A stretch of 64,000 nucleotides of DNA from a virus, in IMG/VR virus record IMGVR_UViG_3300028920_000047, positions 42,582 through 106,581 of that record. The stretch is one strand, 5' to 3'. The position numbers and the translations under genes were made by a program. Under the pieces are notes generated by a model. That model made no database searches. It worked only from the letters and a program-made list of their open reading frames with translations, and was not told where the DNA came from. Positions 1-12,000 of this stretch are shown in pieces. Position 1 is the stretch's first letter. The number at the start of each line of letters is the position of its first letter.

Positions 1-108
1 GGAATCGCTGATTATCCAACTATCGCCAGTAACATTATCCACAACATAGTTGTCCGCAAAACAAACCGAACACATAAGTAATAGTATCAAAAAAACAATC
101 ATTCTCAT
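1..108 (-). CDS. Partial (runs off window) secreted protein, paralogue of 3951..4319
   Basis: Manual translation MRMIVFLILLLMCSVCFADNYVVDNVTGDSWIISDS; nt 2-83 match nt 4210-4291 at 76/82 positions. Confidence 0.8.
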   Translation of the reverse strand, partial: MRMIVFLILLLMCSVCFADNYVVDNVTGDSWIISDS

Positions 109-209
109 TACTTATCACCTAACCAAAATTTTTGTGGAATGACATACATCAGCAATATTACAATCACCGCAAATAACGTAATTACTATTTCATCAATTAT
201 CTTTCTCAT
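108..209 (-). CDS. 33-aa single-pass membrane protein (not in ORF track)
   Basis: MRKIIDEIVITLFAVIVILLMYVIPQKFWLGDK; start and stop overlap both neighbours (TAATG coupling). Confidence 0.65.
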   Translation of the reverse strand: MRKIIDEIVITLFAVIVILLMYVIPQKFWLGDK

Positions 210-1657
210 TATTTATATAATCCTCGCAAAACAACATTATTGACAACATTATCCGAATTGTTGTATATGAAAAACTCGTCTGTATCATTCTTTATCTCAC
301 ACCAAGTTGCCGAGTATGGAGCTGAATCACCGCTATCAAGTTCAACAAAATAGTCAAGACCACGAAGGTCATCAAAAATTGTTGATACTGTGTTGGATAT
401 GTTTGGCACATAAACTGTCCAAGTGTCGTAAGGAGCAATACCAGAACCGCTATCAGAAACACAATTAGTATCCCACTCACGAGCATATACACCATACGCC
501 ACACCCTTTACATTAAGCGAATCAGCAAGTATTCCGCCGGCCACTTCTAAACTATCTGATGCTATATCATCTAAACCAACACCAATATTTCCATAACTTG
601 AAACTGTTACCCAATCAATTCCTCCGAGCTGGTCAGAAAATCTTAAAGAATTATCACTTGCTTTATGCCTTATTGTCCAGCCATCGGCAACTTCAGCTAA
701 CTGTAACATCGCATCTCCTGAACTTGCACCATTCCATCCTATTACGATTCGAGAACTATTTGCAATTCCATCTATAGTTTCTTTATGCCTAACTTGTAAC
801 CCTGCACCATTCGTTATATTTGCGCCTCCTATAACGGCTGTTTCGCTTATTTGGACAGTTCCTACAACATGAAAACTATCACTGGGATTAGCAATACCTA
901 TACCTACATGACTATCGCTGTATAGCCAGCCAGTTACTACATCAATATCCCACCAGCCGCCAACCAGTCCTGTTAATCCTGAACCATCGCCTATAAATGC
1001 ATTAGCATACACGCTGCTGGCAAATGTCGCACTGTCCGCAAATAAATCATCTGATAAATATAAATTCTGAAACTGATACATACCGGAACCACCAGTGCCT
1101 CCTAAATTCATTTGTAATCCACTTCCACGAGGAGCAATTCCCATACTACCAAGCCAAATAAGAGGAGTATCCGCTTTTCTAAATTCAAACATTTGACCAC
1201 TACCATTGAGATACCAAATTTTACCCTGAGTATCTCCAGGCGAACCTCCGGTAGCAATTTCAAAATATATAAAATTTGAATTATTGCTCGAAGCACCAAG
1301 CATTCCAATATTACCATCTCCAGTAGTAACTCCGTAAGGGTCCGTTCCATCACCCCAAATTTCTAAAGAATTGTTTGGTTTAGTAGAACCTATACTTACA
1401 TAGGAATCAGTCGATATAGCATTATCGGAAGCGCTAATAGTCCAATCTGAATCTCCTGAGCCAGAAGTTGAAATTTCAATACCGCTAATATATACCTTAC
1501 CGGTGTAAGTGGTTGTTCCCGCAGTAATACTTACACAAGAATCCGATACAGAAAGATATTTATTTAATTGTGTCAAATCATCAGACGTACCCACTTCAGA
1601 AAATAAAGGTAAAGTAAAAAGTAAACATAAAAATATAATTAAATAATTTTTCATCAT
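209..1657 (-). CDS. Signal-peptide-bearing tail-fibre-like beta protein
   Basis: N-terminal MKNYLIIFLCLLFTLPLFS; fibre motifs FIGDGSGLTGL, VGIGIANPS, GNIGVG; AGGAG RBS. Confidence 0.7.
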   Translation of the reverse strand: MMKNYLIIFLCLLFTLPLFSEVGTSDDLTQLNKYLSVSDSCVSITAGTTTYTGKVYISGIEISTSGSGDSDWTISASDNAISTDSYVSIGSTKPNNSLEIWGDGTDPYGVTTGDGNIGMLGASSNNSNFIYFEIATGGSPGDTQGKIWYLNGSGQMFEFRKADTPLIWLGSMGIAPRGSGLQMNLGGTGGSGMYQFQNLYLSDDLFADSATFASSVYANAFIGDGSGLTGLVGGWWDIDVVTGWLYSDSHVGIGIANPSDSFHVVGTVQISETAVIGGANITNGAGLQVRHKETIDGIANSSRIVIGWNGASSGDAMLQLAEVADGWTIRHKASDNSLRFSDQLGGIDWVTVSSYGNIGVGLDDIASDSLEVAGGILADSLNVKGVAYGVYAREWDTNCVSDSGSGIAPYDTWTVYVPNISNTVSTIFDDLRGLDYFVELDSGDSAPYSATWCEIKNDTDEFFIYNNSDNVVNNVVLRGLYK

Positions 1658-1663
1658 AATCTC

Positions 1664-3949
1664 CTATTCCGATAATCTCTTTATAAATCCACTTAATGTT
1701 TTATAATTTCTTAAATCTGGTTTAGTTGGTTCTTGTTTACAAATATGATTTACTGTTGAAGCTGAAGAAGAACTTTTATAGCCATAAATTTCATATGCTT
1801 TTTGTTTAAACTGAGTTACGTTTTTTATTGTTCTATAATTAAAAGTAGAAGTAGAATAATTAACAGTTATTGTATCTTCATCCATTCTGCCAAAACTATC
1901 ATTTAATCTGGCAGTAATGCTATCACCAATTCCCGATAACGCAACTGTACCTGACCAAGCGTTTGAAGAAATAGTAGCTATTGAATGAACTGTATCACTA
2001 CCTGTCAACACACTAATTTGAACTTCGTCTAAGTATAAAGCATCACCGTCGCCATTTCTATGAAAAGCTATTGCCTTAACTGTTTGTTCTGGATAATCTA
2101 TTTCTACCCAAGTATTTTTTGAATGGTTTAATTCTGTATCTATTTCTGTCCAATTTGTAGGGTCTCCTGCACCATCTGAAGAAATAGATATTGTACATTC
2201 CCAATCACTAATCATATAATTTTGTTTAGAAGCCCACACTCTTATTTGATTACTTGTAACAGCTGAAGTAAGTATAAGCTGAAACCAACTATGATTCCCT
2301 GGTGGTGGACCTGATTCTTTACAAACTTTTGTTGAACCATCTGGATAACTATCATTATATGCATTAGCTTCATTATACCAAGTTGCTCCGCCATCATTAT
2401 GACTATCAAAACAACGCCACTCATAATGCTCTAAACTCGTTTCATAAAGGTATAACTGAACAGTATCACCATCTTTACAGTTTACAGTAGTGCCACTAAC
2501 AATTATTATCTGAGTATTAGTATCGTGATTATCAGAAGGAGCATTTATACTAATGTCTATTGAACTATAATAATTGACGGTAATAGTATCCCAGTTAATA
2601 TTAGTACCATCCCAAAACTTGACTTGAACAGAATCACCAAGTCCAGTCAGACTTGCAGTTCCACTCCAAGCATCACTTGAAACTTCAACTGTATCTTGAT
2701 ATACTCCATTGACATATATTCCAACGCTATCGTGGTCGGTAGCGTCTGTTGTTACACCATCAATTTTTATCAGTTTTTGTGTTGTGTCGTGGTTATCAGC
2801 AGGATGTGAAAATGATATAGTCGGAACAGATGGAGAAGGATATTGACCATTAAAAAAAAGAGTAAAAAACGAATCGCCGGTCATATCAAACCCAACAGTA
2901 TCACTGCCAGTTACTAAAGGCACTGTTTCAGCACTATCACAGTTCGGCTCTAATAAATCTGTTCCTGATTCCCTTGCAAAAAGTTCAAGACCAACAGGAG
3001 CACCCGTAATATTATACACCACATTGTCCGTATCATTATAATATATATCTTGTCCAGCATCTTGATTAATATAATAATCATCAAAATATGAATTTCTAAT
3101 ATAGTTAGATTTGACTTGCGAATTATAATCTTTTTCATCGTGTTCATTAAGCCACGAACCTGCCGAATAACAGCTATCAAACACATTTGAATCGCAAGCA
3201 CCAGCACCAGTAAAAAATATGGTAGATTTCCACGCATCTATACCAGTCATTTTTACATTATATATATAATTATTCCTAAAATATGATGTATCATTTTTAT
3301 CATTATCGTATAGATGAGCATTCGAGATAGTATTTTTAAACACAGTATAAAAATTATAAGTAAAAACTGCTTTTTTACTAAAATAATCTGGTTCAGGCGC
3401 GCCTCCATTAAATCGCATAAATCCTATAAATCCAGTTGAATCACTTACAAGAGAAGTTATTAATTGGTTTTTGCCGGGATTTTGTTTTAACCTGCCTCCA
3501 TTAGAAATAAAAATAACCGGTTTTTCAATAATCAGTTGTGAACTGATATAATAACTATCGCCGATAAATGTTGAGTAGTCAAAAGTTCCAAATTTGATAC
3601 ACCACACAACGATTTGAGTTCCGTCAGCAGGGACAGTATCATCAGCATAATCATAAGCATAAGGAATTGATTTAAGCGGAGCAGACGGAGTCGCCTGATT
3701 AGCATTATTATTTGCGTCATTACCAGCCCCAAATGTAAGTGATGTATCAACCATAGTATATTCACCACAGGTGCAGTTCATAGATAAGTCGGCAAAATCA
3801 ACATTAACAAGAGGGAAAGCACAAGTTGTTTCACTTCCGCCATTAACAACTATTCTATACAATTTTTGTCCGTTGACATATATTGTATCCCAAGCATATA
3901 TATTTGATAAAAACAGCAATATAAATAATATAGATATTATAATTCTCAT
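1664..3949 (-). CDS. Secreted protein with beta-helix-like region, Ig-like repeats and an inserted carbohydrate-binding-like domain
   Basis: Likely start MRIIISILFILLFLSNIYA at 3949; N-terminal GND..ATPSAPLKSI motif typical of beta-helix proteins; PADNHDT..WSGT..GDS..DTITVNY repeats shared with 6098..12610. Confidence 0.7.
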   Translation of the reverse strand: MRIIISILFILLFLSNIYAWDTIYVNGQKLYRIVVNGGSETTCAFPLVNVDFADLSMNCTCGEYTMVDTSLTFGAGNDANNNANQATPSAPLKSIPYAYDYADDTVPADGTQIVVWCIKFGTFDYSTFIGDSYYISSQLIIEKPVIFISNGGRLKQNPGKNQLITSLVSDSTGFIGFMRFNGGAPEPDYFSKKAVFTYNFYTVFKNTISNAHLYDNDKNDTSYFRNNYIYNVKMTGIDAWKSTIFFTGAGACDSNVFDSCYSAGSWLNEHDEKDYNSQVKSNYIRNSYFDDYYINQDAGQDIYYNDTDNVVYNITGAPVGLELFARESGTDLLEPNCDSAETVPLVTGSDTVGFDMTGDSFFTLFFNGQYPSPSVPTISFSHPADNHDTTQKLIKIDGVTTDATDHDSVGIYVNGVYQDTVEVSSDAWSGTASLTGLGDSVQVKFWDGTNINWDTITVNYYSSIDISINAPSDNHDTNTQIIIVSGTTVNCKDGDTVQLYLYETSLEHYEWRCFDSHNDGGATWYNEANAYNDSYPDGSTKVCKESGPPPGNHSWFQLILTSAVTSNQIRVWASKQNYMISDWECTISISSDGAGDPTNWTEIDTELNHSKNTWVEIDYPEQTVKAIAFHRNGDGDALYLDEVQISVLTGSDTVHSIATISSNAWSGTVALSGIGDSITARLNDSFGRMDEDTITVNYSTSTFNYRTIKNVTQFKQKAYEIYGYKSSSSASTVNHICKQEPTKPDLRNYKTLSGFIKRLSE

Positions 3950-3950
3950 T

Positions 3951-4319
3951 TTATTTTCCTTCAAAGGTTACAACGTTTCCAGTTGCAATTCCACCAATAA
4001 TTATATATCGAAAATGCCATTGTATTTTAAATGGAAACTCATCACATTCAATTATTTTTTTTGTCGGTATTTTTGTTCTGATATATCCAGACCGAAATTG
4101 AAAATTTTCTTTAAATGCATAATATACTATATCAGAATCGTTTGTTGTTGAATATACATACAATTCGCTATCGGCAGTTACAATTTCAAACAATATATCA
4201 ACCGAATCTGAATCGCTAATTAACCAACTATCACCAGTAACATTATCCACAACATAGTTATCCGCAAAACAAACTGAATACATAAGTAATAAGATAAGTA
4301 TAAATAAAATTTTATTCAT
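3951..4319 (-). CDS. Small secreted protein
   Basis: Signal peptide ending VCFA; paralogue at window start. Confidence 0.7.
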   Translation of the reverse strand: MNKILFILILLLMYSVCFADNYVVDNVTGDSWLISDSDSVDILFEIVTADSELYVYSTTNDSDIVYYAFKENFQFRSGYIRTKIPTKKIIECDEFPFKIQWHFRYIIIGGIATGNVVTFEGK

Positions 4320-5957
4320 TTATTTTTCTCGTCCTCTTAACTTTATTGTATTAGCCGCATAATCTTGAATTGGTGACATAACATAATAACAATTTTTCCA
4401 CTCTACAACAGTTACTCCAAAAACAGGCTCAGTTATCCACACACCCTCAAAAGGTTCAGTATCACCTAATACCCAATTAACTGCTAATAACTCATAATCT
4501 ACATTAGAAATACAAAAACTATCAGCAGTAGTAAAAGTATCGGTATAAGCACAGGAATCAAAAGCTGTATTATAAATCCAAGTATCATTTGTTGGAAATA
4601 TTTTACAATAAACATTATTAGTAAAGGTAGCAGAATCAGCAAATATATCTTCTGTTAAATATAATGACCGCCATTGATAAATTCCGGAACCACCAGTACC
4701 GCCTAAATCTAATTCTCCAGTATACTCATCAGTTGGAGCTAACCCTAAAACACCCGCAGTAAATATTGTAGAATCACAATGAGCAAAATGAAACTGAACT
4801 CCGGAACCATTATGAAGCCATATTCTACCCTGAGTATCCCCATCTATTCCTTGTGGGTCAGCCTGAAAAATTAACTCATTAGATTCATACCCACTTGAAG
4901 TCTGTATTTTAACATTATTGCCATATACATGAATTTTTTCATCTGGTAACAAAGTACCAAACCCAACATAACCGTTTATACCCTCCATAAAAAAATTTGT
5001 TTGTCCACCAGAATTTGTAAAAGGTAATCCACCAGCAAGGCGGCAATTAAAAGCTAAATCTACAAATAAAGTCTCTCCCACTAAAGCATTTGAATCAATA
5101 TCCAAATTATTAAAATCACCTTGACCGGTTACGTCTAAATCACCTATAACATTTAAACTTCCTGCCATAGTATCTTCTTCGTAATTCCTCACAAAAGAAT
5201 CTGATAAACCAACTATATAATATCTACTAATATAAGATACCCTTAATATTTCACCGGTATCAGGAACATACCCTCCGTGGAAAGTTATCTCACTATCTCC
5301 ACTTTCATAATAATCTACACCAATAACTTTAATAACTCCATCAATAGTAACAATAGTTGAACTATCCTCCCAGACATCTAAAGGGTCTGTTAATTCAAAT
5401 ATAGTATCAAAACCATTAGCAGTATCAGAAAACTCCTGATTAACTTTCATTTGCCCTGTAAAAAAAGTATCAAAAGAAGCACCCGAAACACCTGTTAATA
5501 AAGAACCATCGCCAACAAAAGCATTCGCATATACTGTATTTGTAAATGTTGCCGAATCCGCTTTTAGCTCCTGAGTAAGACTACAACTGCCTGTTGAAAT
5601 TATTCCACCAACGGTTAAAGTATCAGTTGTTATTGTCCCTGTATTATCTATTTCTTCAGAATATATTTTAGTGGATATTATTACTGTACCACTAATAACT
5701 AATGTTCCTGATATATTTTCACTTTCAATAGAACCAGCGGTTAAAGTACCTCCAACTTCTAATTCTGTTCCAACAATTCCCGAATCTACTCTTATCCTTC
5801 CGGTTGAGGGATTATCCTTGACTTTTTCAATTTCCTGTTTATTTTGGGAAATTTTACCATCCTGGTCATAATTATAAGTAGTACCTTCAAAAAATCCATC
5901 AGCGTAAGAATAACCCAACAAAAAAGCAATCAATAATAATACAATTATATATTTCAT
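4320..5957 (-). CDS. Signal-peptide-bearing tail-fibre-like protein
   Basis: MKYIIVLLLIAFLLGYSYA; FVGDGSLLTGV, GYVGFGT; shares GDTQG..LGGTGGSG..ADSATF module with 209..1657. Confidence 0.7.
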   Translation of the reverse strand: MKYIIVLLLIAFLLGYSYADGFFEGTTYNYDQDGKISQNKQEIEKVKDNPSTGRIRVDSGIVGTELEVGGTLTAGSIESENISGTLVISGTVIISTKIYSEEIDNTGTITTDTLTVGGIISTGSCSLTQELKADSATFTNTVYANAFVGDGSLLTGVSGASFDTFFTGQMKVNQEFSDTANGFDTIFELTDPLDVWEDSSTIVTIDGVIKVIGVDYYESGDSEITFHGGYVPDTGEILRVSYISRYYIVGLSDSFVRNYEEDTMAGSLNVIGDLDVTGQGDFNNLDIDSNALVGETLFVDLAFNCRLAGGLPFTNSGGQTNFFMEGINGYVGFGTLLPDEKIHVYGNNVKIQTSSGYESNELIFQADPQGIDGDTQGRIWLHNGSGVQFHFAHCDSTIFTAGVLGLAPTDEYTGELDLGGTGGSGIYQWRSLYLTEDIFADSATFTNNVYCKIFPTNDTWIYNTAFDSCAYTDTFTTADSFCISNVDYELLAVNWVLGDTEPFEGVWITEPVFGVTVVEWKNCYYVMSPIQDYAANTIKLRGREK

Positions 5958-5981
5958 TTCTATTCTCCTAATACCAATAAT

Positions 5982-6098
5982 TTATCTTAATCTATTAACA
6001 AATTTTACAAATCCTTTTATTAATAAATATGTGACACCAATGCCACCTATAAATACCGCTACTAAAATTCCTACTATTAATAGACATTTTAAAAACAT
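5982..6098 (-). CDS. 38-aa single-pass membrane protein (not in ORF track)
   Basis: MFLKCLLIVGILVAVFIGGIGVTYLLIKGFVKFVNRLR; ATG overlaps upstream TAA. Confidence 0.65.
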   Translation of the reverse strand: MFLKCLLIVGILVAVFIGGIGVTYLLIKGFVKFVNRLR

Positions 6099-9000
6099 TA
6101 GGGTACTGTATAATATACTTTCTCTATTTCATCAACCCGCCCATCTGAACAAGCGGAACCATTCACTCCAAATCTTTCTATAATTATAGTATATACTGCT
6201 GTTTTAGCAATATATATTCTATGAGTAGTCCGAACATTTATCAATATTGAATCACTACCCGCTGAATTAGTGGCGTAACTCAATATTTGGGAATCATATA
6301 CTTCATACAAACCACTATCATACAAATCCTCCATAACTGCCGATAATTGAGCAATAGTGGAATCATTAAAAGCATGAATATCAACAACAACAATTGCTGG
6401 ATATGTATTCCCTTTACCATCCCAGTATGCTTGTAAAACCTTATTCTGAACAATTCTTTCCATGTAAGGTTTTGGATAGGTTGTTAATCGTGGATTACCA
6501 CTAAAGTTAACAGTTATGCTATCATAAGCAACCTGGCCGAACTGGTCAATTAGTTTTACAATAACACTATCACCCTTACCTTCCAAATTGGCATACCCTA
6601 TCCAGGAGCCACTATCACTAACAACATTAGTTGATGAAGATAAAACACTATTAACATATATTTGAACTGTATCTCCCAACCTTGTGTTCCTTGTAGTTCC
6701 CATTATTATAATTCTTGATACTATTGTGTCGTGAGAATTGGTATCTGGATATGTTATGGAAATATAAGACGGCGGTAATACATAACTAAATGTAATTGTA
6801 TCATATACCTTTGAATCGTATCTATTATATAATTTTACCCACACACTATCTCCAATCCCGTTTAATTGAAAAGTGCCGGACCAATTTTCATTATTTTCTG
6901 TCAAAATTATTGTATCGTTAATATTAGAGTTTACAAATATTAACAAAGTATCCCCAGCTATACTATAGTTTGAAGTTCCAAAAATAGTACCCGAATCTAC
7001 ATTTGTATCATTATTATCAATCATACTGGTTATAACAATTTCCGGATTATTAGCAAAACAATTTACCGTAATCGTGTCCTGAACTACTTGTCCAAACTGA
7101 TTAACCAATTTTGTACTAACACTGTCGCCATAAGAACTAACATAAACCGTTCCATTCCAATTATCACTATCCGCAGAGATTGTATATTTGCTATTCAAAA
7201 CATTATTTACATAAATATAAACAGTATCAACATTTGCAACTGTTTGACAAGTTGTACCACCAATGATAATTATATTTGTATTAGTATCATGATTATCAAC
7301 CGGATAAGTTATTTCTAACGATAAGGTCTCAGATAAATAATGTAATTGAATAGTGTCATTATATAAATTATTATTAAAAGAATTAGCAAGTTTAGCAACC
7401 ACTATCGGATATGGTGTACCGGCTATATAACAAGTTCCTGAAAAACTACCGCTATCAGAAGTTAAAATAATATTAGTATTCATAGTTCCAGTATAATCAA
7501 ATATTTGAACGGTATCTCCTACTTTCGAATTTTCTGTTGTACCTGATATAGTTATAACAGATATATTTGTATCATGCCCGGTATCTGGGGACATTATAGC
7601 CATTGTAAATACCGGATAATAACTTATAGTAATAGTATCATAATAACTTGTTTTATATAAAACACTTTCCAATTTTACAGTTACACTATCCCCCTTAGAA
7701 ACTACAACAACAGTTCCAGACCAGCTCATTGAATCAGACACAACATAAACTGTTGTATTCAAAATATTATTTACATAAATCGATATAGTATCTCCAAGCT
7801 GTGACCATTCGGTTGTCCCGTTTATCCAGTTCATACTAATATTAGTATCAGTATTAACATTACCAGGAATACCTATAGAAATAGTAGGTGTTGCATAATA
7901 ACTAATTGTTACCGTATTTCCTACAGTTCTCCCAAACTGGTCTTCCAGTGTTACAGAAATACTATCACTACCGCCAACAACCACTGTTCCAGACCAGGTT
8001 CCACTATCTGTTAATATATGAGTGATAGAATTAGTTAACCCATTAACACGTAAAACTATTGTATCACCGTTCCGAGAGTTTACGGTTGTTCCGTGAATAG
8101 TATTTATAGATATCTTAGTATCTGTATTATTAGAAGGATAACTTATCCTCGCCAATATAGTACCATAATAATCAACAGTTATCGTATCATAAATAACTGA
8201 ACCGGTTAACGCTGTTACTAATTTGACCGAAACATTATTACTTGTTTCGGATAAAGCCGCTGTCCCTGAAAAGGATTGATTATAATAAGTAATTGCCGCA
8301 TAAGTGTTTAAAACATTATCCACATAAATATAAATTGTATCACCTAACATAGTGTTTTTAGTGGTACAAATAACATTTATAATTTGTATATTTGTATCAT
8401 GGTTATTTGGAAAATTAGTAATAACAACAGATGGTGCACCAATATAATTTATAGTTATAGTATCATACACATCAGAATCAAAATTAGTTAATCTTGCTAA
8501 TATACTATCACCTATATTAGTTAGAGAAACGGTACCAGACCAGGAACCCGTATCAGCTGTCAAAGTATATGAAGAATTTAAAATACCATTAACATATAAA
8601 CGTACCCTATCCCCAACTTTTGAGCTCTTCGAAGTCCCATAAATTGTTATAACTTTAACACAAGTATCATAAGCAGTAGCTGGCGTATCTATACCCACAC
8701 CAGGATTGGTTTGATATTTATTAACAGTTATTGTATCGTATAAAATATTCCCGAAAGAATCATGTAAAACAACCCACAAACTATCACCTTTTGAGGAAAC
8801 ACCGGCTGTACCTGACCAGTTTGCATTATCTGAAACAATCACAACAGTAGTATTTAAATTTGTATTCGTATATATTTCCACAGTATCGCCCGCCTTAGTA
8901 GGACTGGCAATTCCTCCAATAATAAAAAAGCTGTTATTAGTATCATGATTATCAGCCGGTACAGTTATTTGTATTGTGGGTATCGAGTAATAATTGATTG

Positions 9001-12000
9001 TTCTTGTTTCATAATATACCCTGCCAAAACTATCCTCCAATTTTACTACTAAGCTATCACCAATACCTACAAATATTATTGGTGTATCAACCCAATTACC
9101 AGAATCCCCAACAATTCTTGCAGTTGCCTGTAAAATAGTATTTACATATATTCTAACTAAATCCGAATCCCTGGTATTATAGGAAGTACCTGAAATAACA
9201 TTCTTCTGTATATTAGTATCTGTCGGATTGGATAAATTTATTCCGATATTAGGAGTCCCAAAGTAATTTATGGATATTGTATCATATGCTGTTCTATTAT
9301 ATGTATCATGTAGAATAGCAACGATACTATCATTGTAACCACTAATAGCTACTGTACCTGACCAGGTGCCACTATCCCCGGTTAAAAGATAAACTGTACT
9401 TCTTGTATACATATTTGTAATTTCAACAGTATCCCCACCATGACATTCAACCGTAGTTCCAGATATTGTTATTGTTGATAAATAGGTATCATGGTTATTA
9501 GCCGGTGATGTAATAGCAATATCAGGAGTCTTAAAATAATCTATAACAATTGTATCATAAGTGTTTCTTCCAAATTGGTCATGTAATTTTACCACCAGAT
9601 TACTACCATAATCACTAAAGGCAGCAGTACCGAAAAAATTTCCATTTAGACTTGTTATAATAACAGTAGTATTTAAAACATTATTAACAAATATTTCAAC
9701 AGTATCATTCACCTGAACATCGTAAGAAGTCCCTCCTATATTTATTATAGAGATATATGTATCATGATTGTCCGCAGGATAAGTAATAGTTAAAACGGGA
9801 TTAGCAAAGTAATTAATTGTTATTGTATCATAAGCAACAGAGTCACCGCCATGATTGGTATCTACTCCTATATATGGTTCCATTTTTAGCCACAATTTAT
9901 CAGCCTGGCCGGTTAGAGTGGCGGTACCATTAAAAGTTCCTGTTTCATTCGTAGTTACAAACGATGTACATAAGCTTGAATTTACATATAAATATATGGT
10001 ATCATTAGAGCTATTACCGACCCAATCAATATTTACGTTAGATATAGAGTCACTATTGGTATCAGTATTATTAGTTATATTAGTAATACCGGCCCAATGT
10101 AGAAAAACAGAAATTGTATCATACAAAATTGAGTCAAACCTCGTTTCTAATTTTACCCACACACTATCGGACATATTACTAAGAGCTACAGTACAACCCC
10201 AACTACCACTATCAGCAGTTAAATTTGTTTGTGTCTGGTAACTACTTCCAACATATATTTTTATAGTATCACCAATAGAAGTATTATAAGTGGTCCCAAT
10301 AAAAGTAGGAGACTTAGTATTAGTATCATATTCATCAATCATACTAAAACTAATTTGCGGTTGTGCAAAATATCCAACAGAAATAGTATCATATTGAATA
10401 TTACCACTATCGGTTAAGATTTTTACCCACACCCGACTATTACCGTGCTGTAAACTAACAGTACCAGAAAAATTACCACTATCCGAAAGTAACACAAATA
10501 AACAATTAAACTGGGTATCACAATAGATATAAACAGTATCACCAGCATAAGTATTATAAGTAGTCCCAGATACATTAGCAATTTTTGTATTTGTATCAGT
10601 CCCATCACTCGGACTTGTGATTTGTACTTCAACATAACTAACATTTATAGTATCATACCCATTTCGACCAAACTGGTCATGAACCTCAACAGTAATTGAA
10701 TCATATCTATTTGTAATGTAAGCAGTGCCGGAAAAATTATTATCATATCCTGAAATAACAGCAATGGAGTTTAAAACATTATTTACATATATAACTACAG
10801 TGTCGCCACTACTGGTACCCACCGTTGTTCCGGTAATAAGATTAGTTTTTAAATTTGTATCAGAATTATGTTCGGGAACAATAATACCAGCCAAAGGGGT
10901 ATCAATAAAATTTAAAACTATTGTATCATAAGCTCGAGCATTAAATTGATTATACATTATCACCCATACCGAATCACCAAGATTGGATATATAAGCGGTT
11001 CCTGAAAAATTACCAGAATCAGAAGCCAAAACGACTGTGGTATTAACTGTAGTATTCGTATATATAACCACAGTATCTCCGGTTTTACTACCATAAGTGG
11101 TACCATTGATTGTTATTATATTCACTATAGTATCATGATTATTACTGGGTTCATTTATTTGTACATTAGCTATTCCCCAATATTTTATTGTAATAGTATC
11201 ATATACTTTTACTCCAAATTGGTCAATCAATATTACCATAACACTATCCCCTACCTGGCTAAATAGAGAAACAGTACCAGACCAATTTTGAGAATCAGCG
11301 GTTATAGTAAATATATCAGTACTATCACCAGCACTGTTATAAATGTATACATAGGAACCAAGCCCTACTTCAGCAGTTGTCCCTCCTATATTTACTATGT
11401 TAATATTTGTATCGTGATTATTTGTTGGATAACTAATACCAATTGAAGGTGTGTTATAATAATTAACAACGTTAGTATCGGTCGCCGTTCTACCAAACTG
11501 GTCATGTAGAACTACCCAAACACTATCATTTAGATTTGATACCGAAACAGTACCGGCCCAGGAACCATTATAACCTGAAACGATAACCGTTGTGCAATAT
11601 GTAGCGTTTGTATATATAACAACAGTATCATTAGTGATAGCATGAGTAACAGAGCCCCCTATATTTATTATACCAGTATTTGTGTCATGATTATTTCCAG
11701 GATAGTTTATAGTTATTGTTGGAGTACTAAAATAATTTACTGTTATAGTGTCCCGAGCTGTACCGGAATAACCATTAAAAATAACTATTACCGATTCACC
11801 ATAATTTGATACACACGCCGTACCTGACCAATTACCGGTATCATCTACTATAACAATAGTTGTATTTAATCCTACATCAGTATATATTTGAATCGTATCT
11901 CCGGCCTGGGCGTCATTAGTGGTTCCATAAATAGTAAATATTTGAATATCAGTATCTGAATTATTAGCAGGTAGGGTAATATTGATACCAGGATTTCCCC

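Noticed and set aside
2-4291. 82-bp duplicate as a diversity-generating retroelement TR/VR pair
   Set aside because: Mismatches are not confined to adenines on one strand, the repeat is at the N-terminus of both genes, and no reverse transcriptase is in the window
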